From a virus, in IMG/VR virus record IMGVR_UViG_3300046804_003463, positions 1-64,000 of that record: DNA of 64,000 nucleotides, one strand, 5' to 3'. Made by a program: the position numbers and the translations under genes. Position 1 is the stretch's first letter. Each line of letters opens with the position of its first letter. The notes below the pieces were generated by a model. The model did no database searches and was not told the origin of the DNA. It saw only the letters and a program-made list of their open reading frames with translations. Below are positions 35,304 to 45,372 of this stretch, in pieces.

Positions 35304-36326
35304 CTAGTCTTTCTTAGCCATTTTGGTTGCGGTGGCATACATTACCGACTTTGCACGTTCACCGTAACGCTGTTTGAAACCAGAAAGTTTTTTCTTCATA
35401 CCCATTACATAATCTTCTTTCTTCTTTGCTTCACCTTTTGTCAGTTCACGCTCATCAATTTGCTCAACTGATTCTGGCATTGTCTTTACACCGACAGTTT
35501 TACCAGCAGCAATTTTTGGTTGTTTCTTCTTAGCTTCAAAACTTGCTTTTTGGTCTTCATATTCTTTTGTCCACTCGTCATTTGTTGGCTCTTCAACGAT
35601 GGTTTCAACAAAGCCATTTACCTTGTCGGCATCAAGCACTTCAATTTTTGTACCGTCAATGTCCATCTCTTCAGTTTCAATTGGTGCTAGAACTTTCAGA
35701 CCATGCTCATTGTACAGTTCAAGCATTTCTGTAAATGATGCTGACTCATTGACACGTGTTGAACGCTTGTAGTTTTGACGGGCACCATAACCACCTTTTT
35801 TCTTTGGTGTATCATCTTCATCATCGTCATCTTTGTAGTCACGCTTATGTACAAGACCTGTTGCTGTCTTTGTGACTGAACCTGTTGCTGTCTTACCAGC
35901 ATCCATGCGCTTCTTAGCATCTGCTACAGTTGGAAATGCTTCGTTCAGTTGCTCTTGTTCTGATGCTTCAACTTCTTCATTCTTTTTACCATAGTAATCA
36001 TCTTTGTACATGCGTGATGTTGCCTTACGCAGACCTTTTGTGCGGTTTTTTGTCTTGTCTGCAATTGCTTTGCTTACATATGAACCAAGTGCTTTTCTAC
36101 CTGCTGGTGTATCACCAACTTCGTCTAATTGTTCAACTTCTTCTTTCTTCAGCACACCACGACCAACCAACACATCTTTGTGTGTAATCTTATCTTTTGG
36201 ATGTGCTAGTGCTGCCAAAGATTTCTCTTTGTCGGTTTTTGGTGTTGAACCATGACTTGTTTCTGCCATGATTTTTGCTGCTGCTTCTGCGACACCTTTC
36301 AGTGCCTTGTCATGAAAAATTGACAT
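35304..36326 (-). CDS. Putative internal head protein/polyprotein
   Basis: EEVEQLDE, EQEQLNE, ESVEQIDE linkers between basic modules. Confidence 0.7.
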   Translation of the reverse strand: MSIFHDKALKGVAEAAAKIMAETSHGSTPKTDKEKSLAALAHPKDKITHKDVLVGRGVLKKEEVEQLDEVGDTPAGRKALGSYVSKAIADKTKNRTKGLRKATSRMYKDDYYGKKNEEVEASEQEQLNEAFPTVADAKKRMDAGKTATGSVTKTATGLVHKRDYKDDDDEDDTPKKKGGYGARQNYKRSTRVNESASFTEMLELYNEHGLKVLAPIETEEMDIDGTKIEVLDADKVNGFVETIVEEPTNDEWTKEYEDQKASFEAKKKQPKIAAGKTVGVKTMPESVEQIDERELTKGEAKKKEDYVMGMKKKLSGFKQRYGERAKSVMYATATKMAKKD

Positions 36327-36350
36327 TGTAGTTCTCCTGATTTAGTTTTG

Positions 36351-37661
36351 TTATCTTGTAATCTCTTCCCAATCCATTGATGCATAGATGTCTGAACCGT
36401 TTAGGGTAGCAGAAGCACATAATGTTAATTCGTATGGAGTGTTGGTGAAACTGTCTCTTTCTAATTGAAATTTGAATAATGCTTCTTTAAGAATATCAAC
36501 TGGTGCTGCACTAATTGTTGCACCAGTAAAACCTGATGCTAATACACGACCGCCAGTCATTGTACCGCCATCAATTTTGTATTCAACAGAAGAATTATCT
36601 CCCGCACTTACCCAAGTTCCACCTCCAGTGGTGTTGGCGCCTGCTCTTACTTGCCAATTATAAACTGAGTTATTCGTAATACCCAATATTGATAGTGCAG
36701 TAAGAATTACGATTGCATCTAAACGATTTGCTTTTAATCTTAGTGAAATAACTGGATAATATGTTCCAGGCGTTGGTAAATCAATAGGTGATCCAATTGC
36801 TGTTTGAATGGCTTGTTGAGAGCCATACAATTCATACCCACCTTCAGAAATGACTGTCGAACATATTTGCTTCATTGTTGAGTTACTTGCGGTAACTCCA
36901 GTATTCTTGATTTCATATCTTAATGGCAAAGAGGCCGTTGTCATGTAAGGTGTTAAATTTTTATTATCATTATGAAATATATGTGCGATTGTCATTTTAC
37001 CATCAACAACAAAACCACAACGAACATCACCAACACCTAACCATTCAACGTCCATCCAAAGAATGTTTGTTTTACTTACGTCAAGTCCACCAGTGTGTTC
37101 TGCACCACCACTTTGTGATGAATAACCCGTACCGTCAAACTTATCTACATTCCAATCTGATTGTGCAACTCTTGTTTCTGTAACTGTGCTTGATGTGTTT
37201 GTTCTCAATACGAAATAATTTGTTGTACCATCATTCTCAAGATAAATGCCATTACTTTGACCAAAATATCCTACTCTTTGACGAACATTTGCTTTTGGTT
37301 CGTTCATAGCAAATGTTGACATAATCAACAAAGATTTACCTGGTTGATAAGACATAACTTTTGTCGTTTCTCTGGCAACTTCAGCATTTGCGGTTGTGCC
37401 AACAGTCATATTAATTGTACTTTGGTTTTCAACAAAAGTGTATGAACTATTACTTGCTGTGTTTGATGTTACCCACAGTCCATTATCAGAAAAACGATGT
37501 GTGCTTTCAAACAAAGTAACAGGATTTACGATACGCAAACGGCCAAACGCATCTGTCAAAGTGCCAGACGGTGAAAGACGATCAGACATCATATTCACTT
37601 CATAACGAGTGAATACTTGTCCTGAATCTATCTTATGTAAGTCCGTTCTAAATTGTGCCAT
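36351..37661 (-). CDS. Putative virion structural protein
   Basis: DAFGRLR, YQPGKS, WLGVG.VR.G, WEE C-terminus. Confidence 0.75.
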   Translation of the reverse strand: MAQFRTDLHKIDSGQVFTRYEVNMMSDRLSPSGTLTDAFGRLRIVNPVTLFESTHRFSDNGLWVTSNTASNSSYTFVENQSTINMTVGTTANAEVARETTKVMSYQPGKSLLIMSTFAMNEPKANVRQRVGYFGQSNGIYLENDGTTNYFVLRTNTSSTVTETRVAQSDWNVDKFDGTGYSSQSGGAEHTGGLDVSKTNILWMDVEWLGVGDVRCGFVVDGKMTIAHIFHNDNKNLTPYMTTASLPLRYEIKNTGVTASNSTMKQICSTVISEGGYELYGSQQAIQTAIGSPIDLPTPGTYYPVISLRLKANRLDAIVILTALSILGITNNSVYNWQVRAGANTTGGGTWVSAGDNSSVEYKIDGGTMTGGRVLASGFTGATISAAPVDILKEALFKFQLERDSFTNTPYELTLCASATLNGSDIYASMDWEEITR

Positions 37662-37664
37662 AAA

Positions 37665-37926
37665 TTAGCAGTTCCACTTTCTTATTTTGGCTTTAACTCC
37701 GGATATTTTTTATGCATTTCTTCCCTTGATAGTTCATGCATATCTTTCCACATTTTTGCTTCTTTTTTAGTTTTTGTGGTTCTAATATGACGGCCATTTT
37801 CATCATGCACATTATATTCAACATCGGCTGTTGTTCTGCCACGATAACTTTCTTTCTTAGTTATTGTTGCTTTCTTTTCTTCAACTATGAAAGACTTAAA
37901 TGTTTTCATTAGCAATTCCACTTTCT
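37665..37926. repeat. 18-bp direct repeat flanking a small cargo gene
   Basis: ttagcagttccactttct (37665-37682) vs ttagcaattccactttct (37909-37926); both encode RKWNC*. Confidence 0.8.
37682..37909 (-). CDS. Small internal-protein-like ORF with capsid-targeting sequence
   Basis: MKTFKSFIVEE, similar to T4 CTS MKTYQEFIAE. Confidence 0.7.
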   Translation of the reverse strand: MKTFKSFIVEEKKATITKKESYRGRTTADVEYNVHDENGRHIRTTKTKKEAKMWKDMHELSREEMHKKYPELKPK

Positions 37927-38625
37927 CAGTGCTTTATTAATACGTGAATCTGGATCACGTGCTGTCTTTGCTGATGTCAGTCTACGCTTCATGCCGCCCA
38001 TTCTTGCACAGAATGATTTGCGACGATTTGCTGCTTTAGAACCAGGTTTCAGTTTGCTTGGCTTTGTTGTCACAGCCATTGACAGTTTTGAACCTGGATT
38101 CTCACGACGATATGATTCAATACCTTTACGATTCAAACCACCAGACTCAGACTTACCTTCTTTACGCTGCCATGCTGCAACTTCTTCTAACTGTTCTAAT
38201 TGTTCATCTGTCAGCGGACCATCGTCTGCTTCATAGTTCTCTTTTTTCACTTTCATCATCTTTGGCTTTGTGAACACAGGATTATCCGCACCACCAGCAT
38301 CACCTTCTCTCTCCTCTACAAATTTTTTCAGCTTTTTATAATAATCTGATTTTTCACCGATATGCTTCAATGCAATTTTTCTAGCAACATGTTTTTCATC
38401 AGTATGTTCCATTTCAACTTTAGTGCCATGTGCTACCAAATCTTGAATATCTGAAATAGACATTTTATATTTTTTTGCTAAATCATCTTCAGAAGGAACT
38501 GATTTATCAAGTTCAACTTCTTCTTTTACACATGAGCCTGGTGAATATGGTTTTTTACCAGGTACTGGTCTATGACCTGGCCAACAACGACCAGCTTCAT
38601 CTAAGAATGCGCTAAACGATTTCAT
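37909..38625 (-). CDS. CTS-bearing multi-domain protein
   Basis: MKSFSAFLDE; linkers EEVELD, EQLEQLEE; VEMEHT module and AWQRKEGK..RKWNC module. Confidence 0.75.
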   Translation of the reverse strand: MKSFSAFLDEAGRCWPGHRPVPGKKPYSPGSCVKEEVELDKSVPSEDDLAKKYKMSISDIQDLVAHGTKVEMEHTDEKHVARKIALKHIGEKSDYYKKLKKFVEEREGDAGGADNPVFTKPKMMKVKKENYEADDGPLTDEQLEQLEEVAAWQRKEGKSESGGLNRKGIESYRRENPGSKLSMAVTTKPSKLKPGSKAANRRKSFCARMGGMKRRLTSAKTARDPDSRINKALRKWNC

Positions 38626-41147
38626 ATGTAATTTCTCTTTTTAAATGTTGTAAGTGAGATACCTTTTTTCTTCAGTTCGTCTTCTTTTTGATCACCAATT
38701 GATGCTGTAGTCGTGTCGCCTGTAAGTTCATTGATATTTTTAGGCACAACTTGTGTTGCTTTACCTTTTTTGCTTAATTTTTCACCCATGTCTCTAGCAG
38801 GAGATTCACCAGCACCCGCCATTGAAATGCCTGGCTCTATACCTTTGTCTATTGACTCTTGAATTTTTTTCTGCCAATTTTCTTTGATGGTTGAGATGGT
38901 GATGGTTCTTCTATCTTCACTTCTTCCTTCGGCAACGGGCTTGTCAAGGGCTGGTCGTTCTTTTCTTCCAACACTGGCTCTAACTTTTCCAAGTTCTTTG
39001 GCTGTTGGGGTGAAACTATTTTGTCCATAAACTGCTTCAATCGCAGAATTATCAGGTGAATGTACTTCATACAAATCCTCTTTTAGTTTTACAACATATC
39101 TCTTGCCTACTTTTGCTACTGTGCCACCTTTTTGGTGTGCTTCTTTTGCTGCTGAACCACGAATAAAAAACAATCGTGTCTTGCCATTCTTGTCTGTCAA
39201 TAGTTTTTGTTTCTTCGTTTCTTCACTAATCTTGCCTTTGCCAAAATTTGATACATTGATTGGATCACCTTTACGTTCTGGGTTAGGATCGTGTTTTCTT
39301 TTTGCACGAACAGCAGCAGCACGTTCTTTCTTTGACAACGCTGCACGTTTTTCATTTGACATGCATTTTGGTTTTGGTTCACCTGGCTCTCTTGCACAAG
39401 GACCAATTGCTTCACCCTTACTATTGATGCGTTTCCAACCACCTTCGGGATCAGTTTTGCTGAACCATTTACGCAGGTCTTCTTTAATCATGCCTCTTCC
39501 TAGTGTAAGTAGATTAAATGCACCAGGATCAGACATCGTATTCACTTCCTCTTCTTCTACCATGTCTTCTTCATCTGACTTGAGCAAACGAAGTGTGCGT
39601 GTGACTTCTTCTACAGTATCTCCTGTTACTGATACTGTGACTGCTTCATTCATCTTAGCCATTTTGCTTTGATGTGTTTCAACAGTCTTTGCAATCTTTT
39701 CTACTGGCACTAGACTACCATGCACTGAACGATGTGTGACTTTACCATCTTTACCATAACGACCAAAGCCATAATACTCAAGACCCATTGTGTTCATATC
39801 ATCATGTGTGCCGGCATCTTTATGTGGTTTCGTGTCGGTACGAATTGGTGCTGTATCTTTTTTACCTAACTCTGTAGCAATCCAACCTTTTGCTGAATCA
39901 TTCTTTGGTGGTTTACCAACAAACTTTTGTATGTTCTTGAAAATGCCGTCTAGTTCTTTTGTCTTTGCTTCTACAACTTCTGGTGGTGCAGAACGCAAAT
40001 CTTCTGAGTTATCAAACTCAACATAATTGTCACGGAATAGTTTACCAAACATTGGTCGTGCCGCTTGTACAGAATCCCATTTTTCTTTACGAATGTCTTC
40101 TGGTACTGTACGACCACCACGTTGACCACGTTCAATATTTCTCTCTTTTGATACTTCGTCGGCTGTGTTGACCATAATCATGGATGTTTCATATCCTAAC
40201 TTCTCAAGCATGTCTTTGATTTTGGCATACTTTTCTGGGTCATCACCTGTACCATTGATGATAAGACCATTACGACCATGAAGTGCAAGACGTTGACGCA
40301 ACTCTGTAACATTCTTTGCACGTTTGCGAACTGCATTTCTTTGCGCTTCTTCATTGTCTGGCATTTTCTTATCAAGACCTTCTTTGTCCATCAGATACTC
40401 AAGTGCTTTGTCTGAATTGATTTCAGTCAGACCATGACCATCAAGTGTCTTACTCAACACATAATCTTTACCTGAGCCAGGACCACCACCAAGAAACACT
40501 GCTTTGAAAATACCTTTGTCGTGAACACCTTCACGAATGATTTCTTCGTGCAATCTCATACCTTTACGTACATCATTGAACATTTGTTTGACATGTGCAT
40601 GAGACATTGATGATGGTGCGCCCTTCTTGAATGAATCAAGGTCACCACTCTTTGCATGTTCACGCATCTTTGAAGCAGAAATGCCAGTTACACCTTCAGC
40701 ATCAGGATCACGTTCACCCGCTGAGTGTACTTTGATTGATTTGAAATTGAAACGGGCACCTTCATGTGTGCCATTATACTTGTGAAGCAATCTGTGATAT
40801 TCTTCTGTACGATCAGAGCCACCAACCATGTGTAGATGAGTTACACCTTTCTTATGCAATGCTTCTGCATGGTCAAAGAATGTTGGCTTGTCTTTAGATG
40901 CTGCTGTGAAGTTCGTGCCAGGAAATGCACGTTTAGCATGTTTGACTTTTTGATCTGCTGTAAGGGGATTTTTCTTAGAGTCCTGTGAATGTGACAAGAC
41001 GATGTGATGAGAACCGCCGACAGAATCGGCAATATCTTTGACTTTGTTGACTAGTTTTTCGTGACCGTTTGTGATAGGATTCATGCGACCAAATGCTAGG
41101 ACGGCATGTTTCTCTTTCTGTTCACGTAGAAAATCTCTAAATTTCAT
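38622..41147 (-). CDS. CTS-bearing cytidylyltransferase-like + P-loop kinase (zeta/AAA_33-like) multi-domain protein
   Basis: MKFRDFLRE; FGRMNPITNGH and SASKMR (HIGH-type NTase); GGPGSGK Walker A. Confidence 0.8.
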   Translation of the reverse strand: MKFRDFLREQKEKHAVLAFGRMNPITNGHEKLVNKVKDIADSVGGSHHIVLSHSQDSKKNPLTADQKVKHAKRAFPGTNFTAASKDKPTFFDHAEALHKKGVTHLHMVGGSDRTEEYHRLLHKYNGTHEGARFNFKSIKVHSAGERDPDAEGVTGISASKMREHAKSGDLDSFKKGAPSSMSHAHVKQMFNDVRKGMRLHEEIIREGVHDKGIFKAVFLGGGPGSGKDYVLSKTLDGHGLTEINSDKALEYLMDKEGLDKKMPDNEEAQRNAVRKRAKNVTELRQRLALHGRNGLIINGTGDDPEKYAKIKDMLEKLGYETSMIMVNTADEVSKERNIERGQRGGRTVPEDIRKEKWDSVQAARPMFGKLFRDNYVEFDNSEDLRSAPPEVVEAKTKELDGIFKNIQKFVGKPPKNDSAKGWIATELGKKDTAPIRTDTKPHKDAGTHDDMNTMGLEYYGFGRYGKDGKVTHRSVHGSLVPVEKIAKTVETHQSKMAKMNEAVTVSVTGDTVEEVTRTLRLLKSDEEDMVEEEEVNTMSDPGAFNLLTLGRGMIKEDLRKWFSKTDPEGGWKRINSKGEAIGPCAREPGEPKPKCMSNEKRAALSKKERAAAVRAKRKHDPNPERKGDPINVSNFGKGKISEETKKQKLLTDKNGKTRLFFIRGSAAKEAHQKGGTVAKVGKRYVVKLKEDLYEVHSPDNSAIEAVYGQNSFTPTAKELGKVRASVGRKERPALDKPVAEGRSEDRRTITISTIKENWQKKIQESIDKGIEPGISMAGAGESPARDMGEKLSKKGKATQVVPKNINELTGDTTTASIGDQKEDELKKKGISLTTFKKRNYI

Positions 41148-41178
41148 ATCCCCCTACCTCTGCGGCAGTTGTTTACAT

Positions 41179-41192
41179 TATTTAGTATTTAG
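41179..41192 (-). promoter_or_regulatory. Tandem late-type promoter motifs
   Basis: CTAAATA twice upstream of the head-cargo operon. Confidence 0.6.
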
Positions 41193-41896
41193 TAGATTTC
41201 CGTTGCTCCTGTGCTGGCCATGACACCTTGACAGTGTATTTTATCTAGTTCCACAAGACGGTCAGGTTCAATGTTGAAGAAATGTGCATGTTCTGTGTCA
41301 ACACCGGCATCTTGAACTACACCAATGTTTCTTCTACAGACGATAGAGTAATCATCAATAAGACTTGGGCAAAATGAGAATAAACGAGTAATCAACAAAT
41401 CAGTAAATGTTTCTGCAACTTCACCTCTCATCCAAGTTGGCATTCTTTTCTTAAACACATACCTACCAAAGTGGTCATGCTCTGCTATGTCAAATTCATC
41501 ATGAAGTATGGTTCTTGCAGAAAACTTGTACACTCTACGAACAGAATGCATCAGACGTTTCATCTCAGGTGCTTGTTTCAGAAGCATCATCATTTTTAGC
41601 ATCAACACATTTTCTGCTTCACTTTTGCGGGCAACAGCAGCAAACTGTGCTATGTCTTTATCACCAGAAAAGTCAGCAATCAAATCAACAAGACCACTCA
41701 TGCTGTCATACTTTTCTTTTTCTACTGCCTCTGGTGAACCATCTGCTAAAATAACAATCGCATCAGGACATTTCTTTCTGAGTGATACAAGACCTTCAAT
41801 CGTTTGTTGTAATCTATCTTCACGACTGAGTACACCCATGTTTGGATTAAGAGCAGATGTTACAATGAATAGCTGAAGTGAAGGAATCAATGACAT
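41189..41896 (-). CDS. Hypothetical glycosyltransferase-like protein
   Basis: FIVTSA..R..QT..S..ADGS..KFSAR. Confidence 0.6.
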   Translation of the reverse strand: MSLIPSLQLFIVTSALNPNMGVLSREDRLQQTIEGLVSLRKKCPDAIVILADGSPEAVEKEKYDSMSGLVDLIADFSGDKDIAQFAAVARKSEAENVLMLKMMMLLKQAPEMKRLMHSVRRVYKFSARTILHDEFDIAEHDHFGRYVFKKRMPTWMRGEVAETFTDLLITRLFSFCPSLIDDYSIVCRRNIGVVQDAGVDTEHAHFFNIEPDRLVELDKIHCQGVMASTGATEIY

Positions 41897-42561
41897 TCGT
41901 ACTCCGAAAATAATTTAATTGTTTTATATGTCGCTTTTGATTTCAATACATGAAGAATCGTGTCAGTAATTTCTTTTGTATCTAACAACTTGTCTTTATT
42001 CGGATGACCATCTTGCATCGGTGTATTAATGCCACCAGGATGAATACTTGTCACACGAATTTCATCCATTTGTGTATAAATCTCTTTACCAAGAACATCA
42101 GCAAAAGCAGTAATAGCGTGTTTAGACGCTGAATAAACTGCTTCCCATTCCAGTGGCATAAGACCTGATACAGAATTGATGAAGAAAATATCACTATGTT
42201 TATTCATCCACTTGTATGCTTCTTTTGTTACATACATCGTGCCTTTGACATTCAAATCAATGATTCTGTCTATTGACTCAAATGAAAAATCATCTCTGAA
42301 TAAACCCCATTGATATACGCCAGCATTGTTTACAAGAACATCAATGTGTGTACCAATTCTTTTGAATGCTTCTTCAACTTGTTTTGATTTCGTGATGTCA
42401 CATTCTATCCATTGAAATGTGTCGGGAAAGGCAAAAAGGTTGATAGATGGCTTTGTGCGTGAAAGACCATATACAAAGTAACCTTCATCAATCAGTCTGT
42501 CTGCTATATCATAACCAAGACCATAACTACAACCTGTCACCACAGCCACTTTACGCATCAT
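41887..42561 (-). CDS. Short-chain dehydrogenase/reductase
   Basis: TGCSYGLG, NNAG, YSASK, HPG. Confidence 0.92.
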   Translation of the reverse strand: MMRKVAVVTGCSYGLGYDIADRLIDEGYFVYGLSRTKPSINLFAFPDTFQWIECDITKSKQVEEAFKRIGTHIDVLVNNAGVYQWGLFRDDFSFESIDRIIDLNVKGTMYVTKEAYKWMNKHSDIFFINSVSGLMPLEWEAVYSASKHAITAFADVLGKEIYTQMDEIRVTSIHPGGINTPMQDGHPNKDKLLDTKEITDTILHVLKSKATYKTIKLFSEYECH

Positions 42562-43694
42562 ATCTCCTCAAAAACATCAATCGCTAATTTCATTTCATCT
42601 TCTGTAATGTCATTTACAATCTTATAGTTGCCAATAGCAATAGGTAATGGCGCATACTGATTACCATTACGATGCTTTGTTGCATCACGTAGGCTCTCTA
42701 ACAATAACTTCATGTTGGTAAAGTCTTTGTGAAATGTTTTGAGTTTTAGTCTCTTTGCGACACCAAATATTCGTTTGAGTTGAACAGTATCAATGTAGCC
42801 ACGAATGAATGAAATACATGAACTGTATAAACAATCCAATGCTACTGCTTCACCATGTAGCAATTCAGGTATATTAGTCATTTCAATGACAGGACTGAAT
42901 GTGTGTCCAAAATCTACACACCGATCTAATCGTTTTTCCCACAGATTAGGTCCAAGTTCTGCAATCATGTCTGTGATAGCAAGATTGATGACACGAACTG
43001 GTACGGCACCATACTGAAACTTTTCATCAATCAGTATTTCTGCATTCTCTTCTAGTAGATGAAAGAGTTCTGGTGATTTGATGACAGCAAGTTTGAATAT
43101 CTCTGCAATGCCATTGATGATTTCTCGTTCACTCTGTGTACGAATAAATTTCTTGTCAATGTATGTCGCAAGTGGTGGGTAGTACGCACCAATACGATTG
43201 CGTCTGCCTAGATGATTGACACCAACTTTAGAACCTACAGAAGCGTCAACGATGGCAAGAAGTGTTGTGGGAATTTTAACGTATGGAATTCCACGGCGGT
43301 ATATGCTACAAGCAAAGCCAACAATATCCAGCAGAACACCTCCGCCAATAGCGATAATCGGTTCACGGCGTAACACTCCATTCTGTTCAAAAAAGTCTAA
43401 GATACGATCTACATTCTTCCAGTTTTTATTTTCTTCTTTGCAGTCTACACAAAGTATTTTGCAACTCAACTTGACCGCACCAAAGTATGTTGCAATGTTA
43501 TCTTTGTACAAATCATGTACTTCAGAATCAATAACAATGATTCTGCGATCACTATTCGTAATGTTTACAATGTCTTGATTACTTGGGCTGAAGATGTCAG
43601 CAGAGTATGTAAGTTTGAATTCTACTGGTAGTTCTGTTTTGACTGACCAAGTTCGTTTGAACTTGTCATAATCCATCATAAAGTCTAAACTCAT
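42558..43694 (-). CDS. Sedoheptulose-7-phosphate cyclase (2-epi-5-epi-valiolone synthase-like)
   Basis: GGGVLLD, YRRG, PTTL, MIAELGPNLWE..R.VDFGHTFSP, HGEAV. Confidence 0.85.
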   Translation of the reverse strand: MSLDFMMDYDKFKRTWSVKTELPVEFKLTYSADIFSPSNQDIVNITNSDRRIIVIDSEVHDLYKDNIATYFGAVKLSCKILCVDCKEENKNWKNVDRILDFFEQNGVLRREPIIAIGGGVLLDIVGFACSIYRRGIPYVKIPTTLLAIVDASVGSKVGVNHLGRRNRIGAYYPPLATYIDKKFIRTQSEREIINGIAEIFKLAVIKSPELFHLLEENAEILIDEKFQYGAVPVRVINLAITDMIAELGPNLWEKRLDRCVDFGHTFSPVIEMTNIPELLHGEAVALDCLYSSCISFIRGYIDTVQLKRIFGVAKRLKLKTFHKDFTNMKLLLESLRDATKHRNGNQYAPLPIAIGNYKIVNDITEDEMKLAIDVFEEI

Positions 43695-44644
43695 TTCATC
43701 GCCTTACTAAACAATTTACATGCATGAACATAAAAATATTTTGCTTTGTCAATATCACCTGCCAGCAATTTGAAGGGCAGCATACGAATGAACTGTGATG
43801 CTTCAAGTATATCTATGAGTTTCATTTTATCTTCTGGTAACTCAGAGATGAAGTGTTTGTTGAATGTATCAAAGTTATTCGTGTCATCGTTTGGATTAGA
43901 TAAATTAATTCCTTTCACATGAACATTGTGGTCATTGATAAGACCATAATAACTGCGTGAACACTGAAGCACTTGTGCGTAGTCAAGGTATTTGGTATTC
44001 CACATACTCTCTTCATACACATCAATGAAAACTACACGGTCTTCTTCAAATGAGTACATGATATTCTCAAGTGTTGGATTACCATGTATATTACACTCAT
44101 CATCGTTCTTTAATTCGGAAAAGTATTCTTTCAGAACATGAAGATAACCACCCACACCTGTAACAACTTCACCATTGAAATGATATGTGCCATAATAAAA
44201 GAAATCTTCAAACTCTTTTATCTTGATAGCATCTTCAATTTTCTGTTGTATTTCTTCAATAAAATAAAGTTTTGGTGCGCCAGCAATAGGTTCTTTTCTG
44301 ATTGAGTGAAGTGTATTCAGTCCTTTCCAGACTGCTTGACTTATTTTGAAGATTTGTTCTTCACTTAGTATGTCTTTGCTAAGAATGCTTTTGATGTCAT
44401 GAAAGCCCTCTAGATATTCTAAATCAAACCATGCTTCAACGCTAGTAGAATCAACATTTACAACTTTGGGAAATAGATTAGGATATAGTGTATTGTATTG
44501 CTGTAGTTTCATTAACTGAGAATACCAACGCATGAAACCATATTCACGATTTCCTACACGTGAAATTTCCTTGCGTACAATTTTCTCATCTGGTAACCAA
44601 TAAGTTCTACTTAATGAGCCACCCTTCAATGATATAGTTTTCAT
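43691..44644 (-). CDS. APH/choline-kinase-fold phosphotransferase-like protein
   Basis: GGS loop, HGNPTLENI (catalytic Asp replaced by Asn), FID. Confidence 0.65.
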   Translation of the reverse strand: MKTISLKGGSLSRTYWLPDEKIVRKEISRVGNREYGFMRWYSQLMKLQQYNTLYPNLFPKVVNVDSTSVEAWFDLEYLEGFHDIKSILSKDILSEEQIFKISQAVWKGLNTLHSIRKEPIAGAPKLYFIEEIQQKIEDAIKIKEFEDFFYYGTYHFNGEVVTGVGGYLHVLKEYFSELKNDDECNIHGNPTLENIMYSFEEDRVVFIDVYEESMWNTKYLDYAQVLQCSRSYYGLINDHNVHVKGINLSNPNDDTNNFDTFNKHFISELPEDKMKLIDILEASQFIRMLPFKLLAGDIDKAKYFYVHACKLFSKAMK

Positions 44645-45372
44645 TTTGCACCTAGTGTTTGCCTTGCTATCTCAATGCCGTATTCTTGTGGACTACCTAG
44701 CACAATTGTCTCTTGACTACCACCAAGAGGATTCATGAATACTTGTTTATTGGATTGTATCATACTTTGTATCACATCTGCAATATACAATTCACCATCT
44801 TTTTCGGCTAACTTGTTGTAATATTCTAAGTAAAGGTGTCCAGTTAGAAAACCATAGAAGCCTGATGACGCATACGGTGAGATTTGTTTCTTTTCTACGA
44901 TTTCAATTACCGTGTTTTCATATGCACGAACATAAGAATACTTTGGTGAATTACCCACGAACACATCAATGTACGCATCATGCTTTGCGGTCAAGTCATC
45001 AGCAATAAAATCTATACGACGACCTTTGATGATCGTATCTGCGTTATGTACAAATGTTGGTAAATGTTTGTTGTTTAGTTGTTCAATACCAATTGCCGCT
45101 GTGTGTGCTTGACCTTTTGTATCACCAATATACAAAATATTGCTGTCGTTCCAACCTAGTGGCTTGATTGCTTCAACAAGTTGTTCTTTGAAATAGATGT
45201 CTCTTTTGTTGGCGACAAGAATAAGTTGATTGACCCAACCAATGTTTTTCAAAATGTCATATATGATTGTCTTATCATTCCAAGGCAAAAGATATTTTGG
45301 TATGTCAAAGCCGACATCATGAAAACGGGTGTTATAACCCGCCATACAGATTATCAGATTCATTTCAGCCAT
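44641..45372 (-). CDS. Sugar-phosphate nucleotidyltransferase
   Basis: MAG..TRF..PKYL, TKGQAHT, NAD, EKKQIS, GELYI. Confidence 0.8.
   Translation of the reverse strand: MAEMNLIICMAGYNTRFHDVGFDIPKYLLPWNDKTIIYDILKNIGWVNQLILVANKRDIYFKEQLVEAIKPLGWNDSNILYIGDTKGQAHTAAIGIEQLNNKHLPTFVHNADTIIKGRRIDFIADDLTAKHDAYIDVFVGNSPKYSYVRAYENTVIEIVEKKQISPYASSGFYGFLTGHLYLEYYNKLAEKDGELYIADVIQSMIQSNKQVFMNPLGGSQETIVLGSPQEYGIEIARQTLGAK

Noticed and set aside
42558-43694. aroB (DHQ synthase) or mycosporine DDG synthase call
   Set aside because: The active-site region PNLWE..VDFGHTFSP fits EEVS-type cyclases better; no shikimate or ATP-grasp MAA genes nearby.
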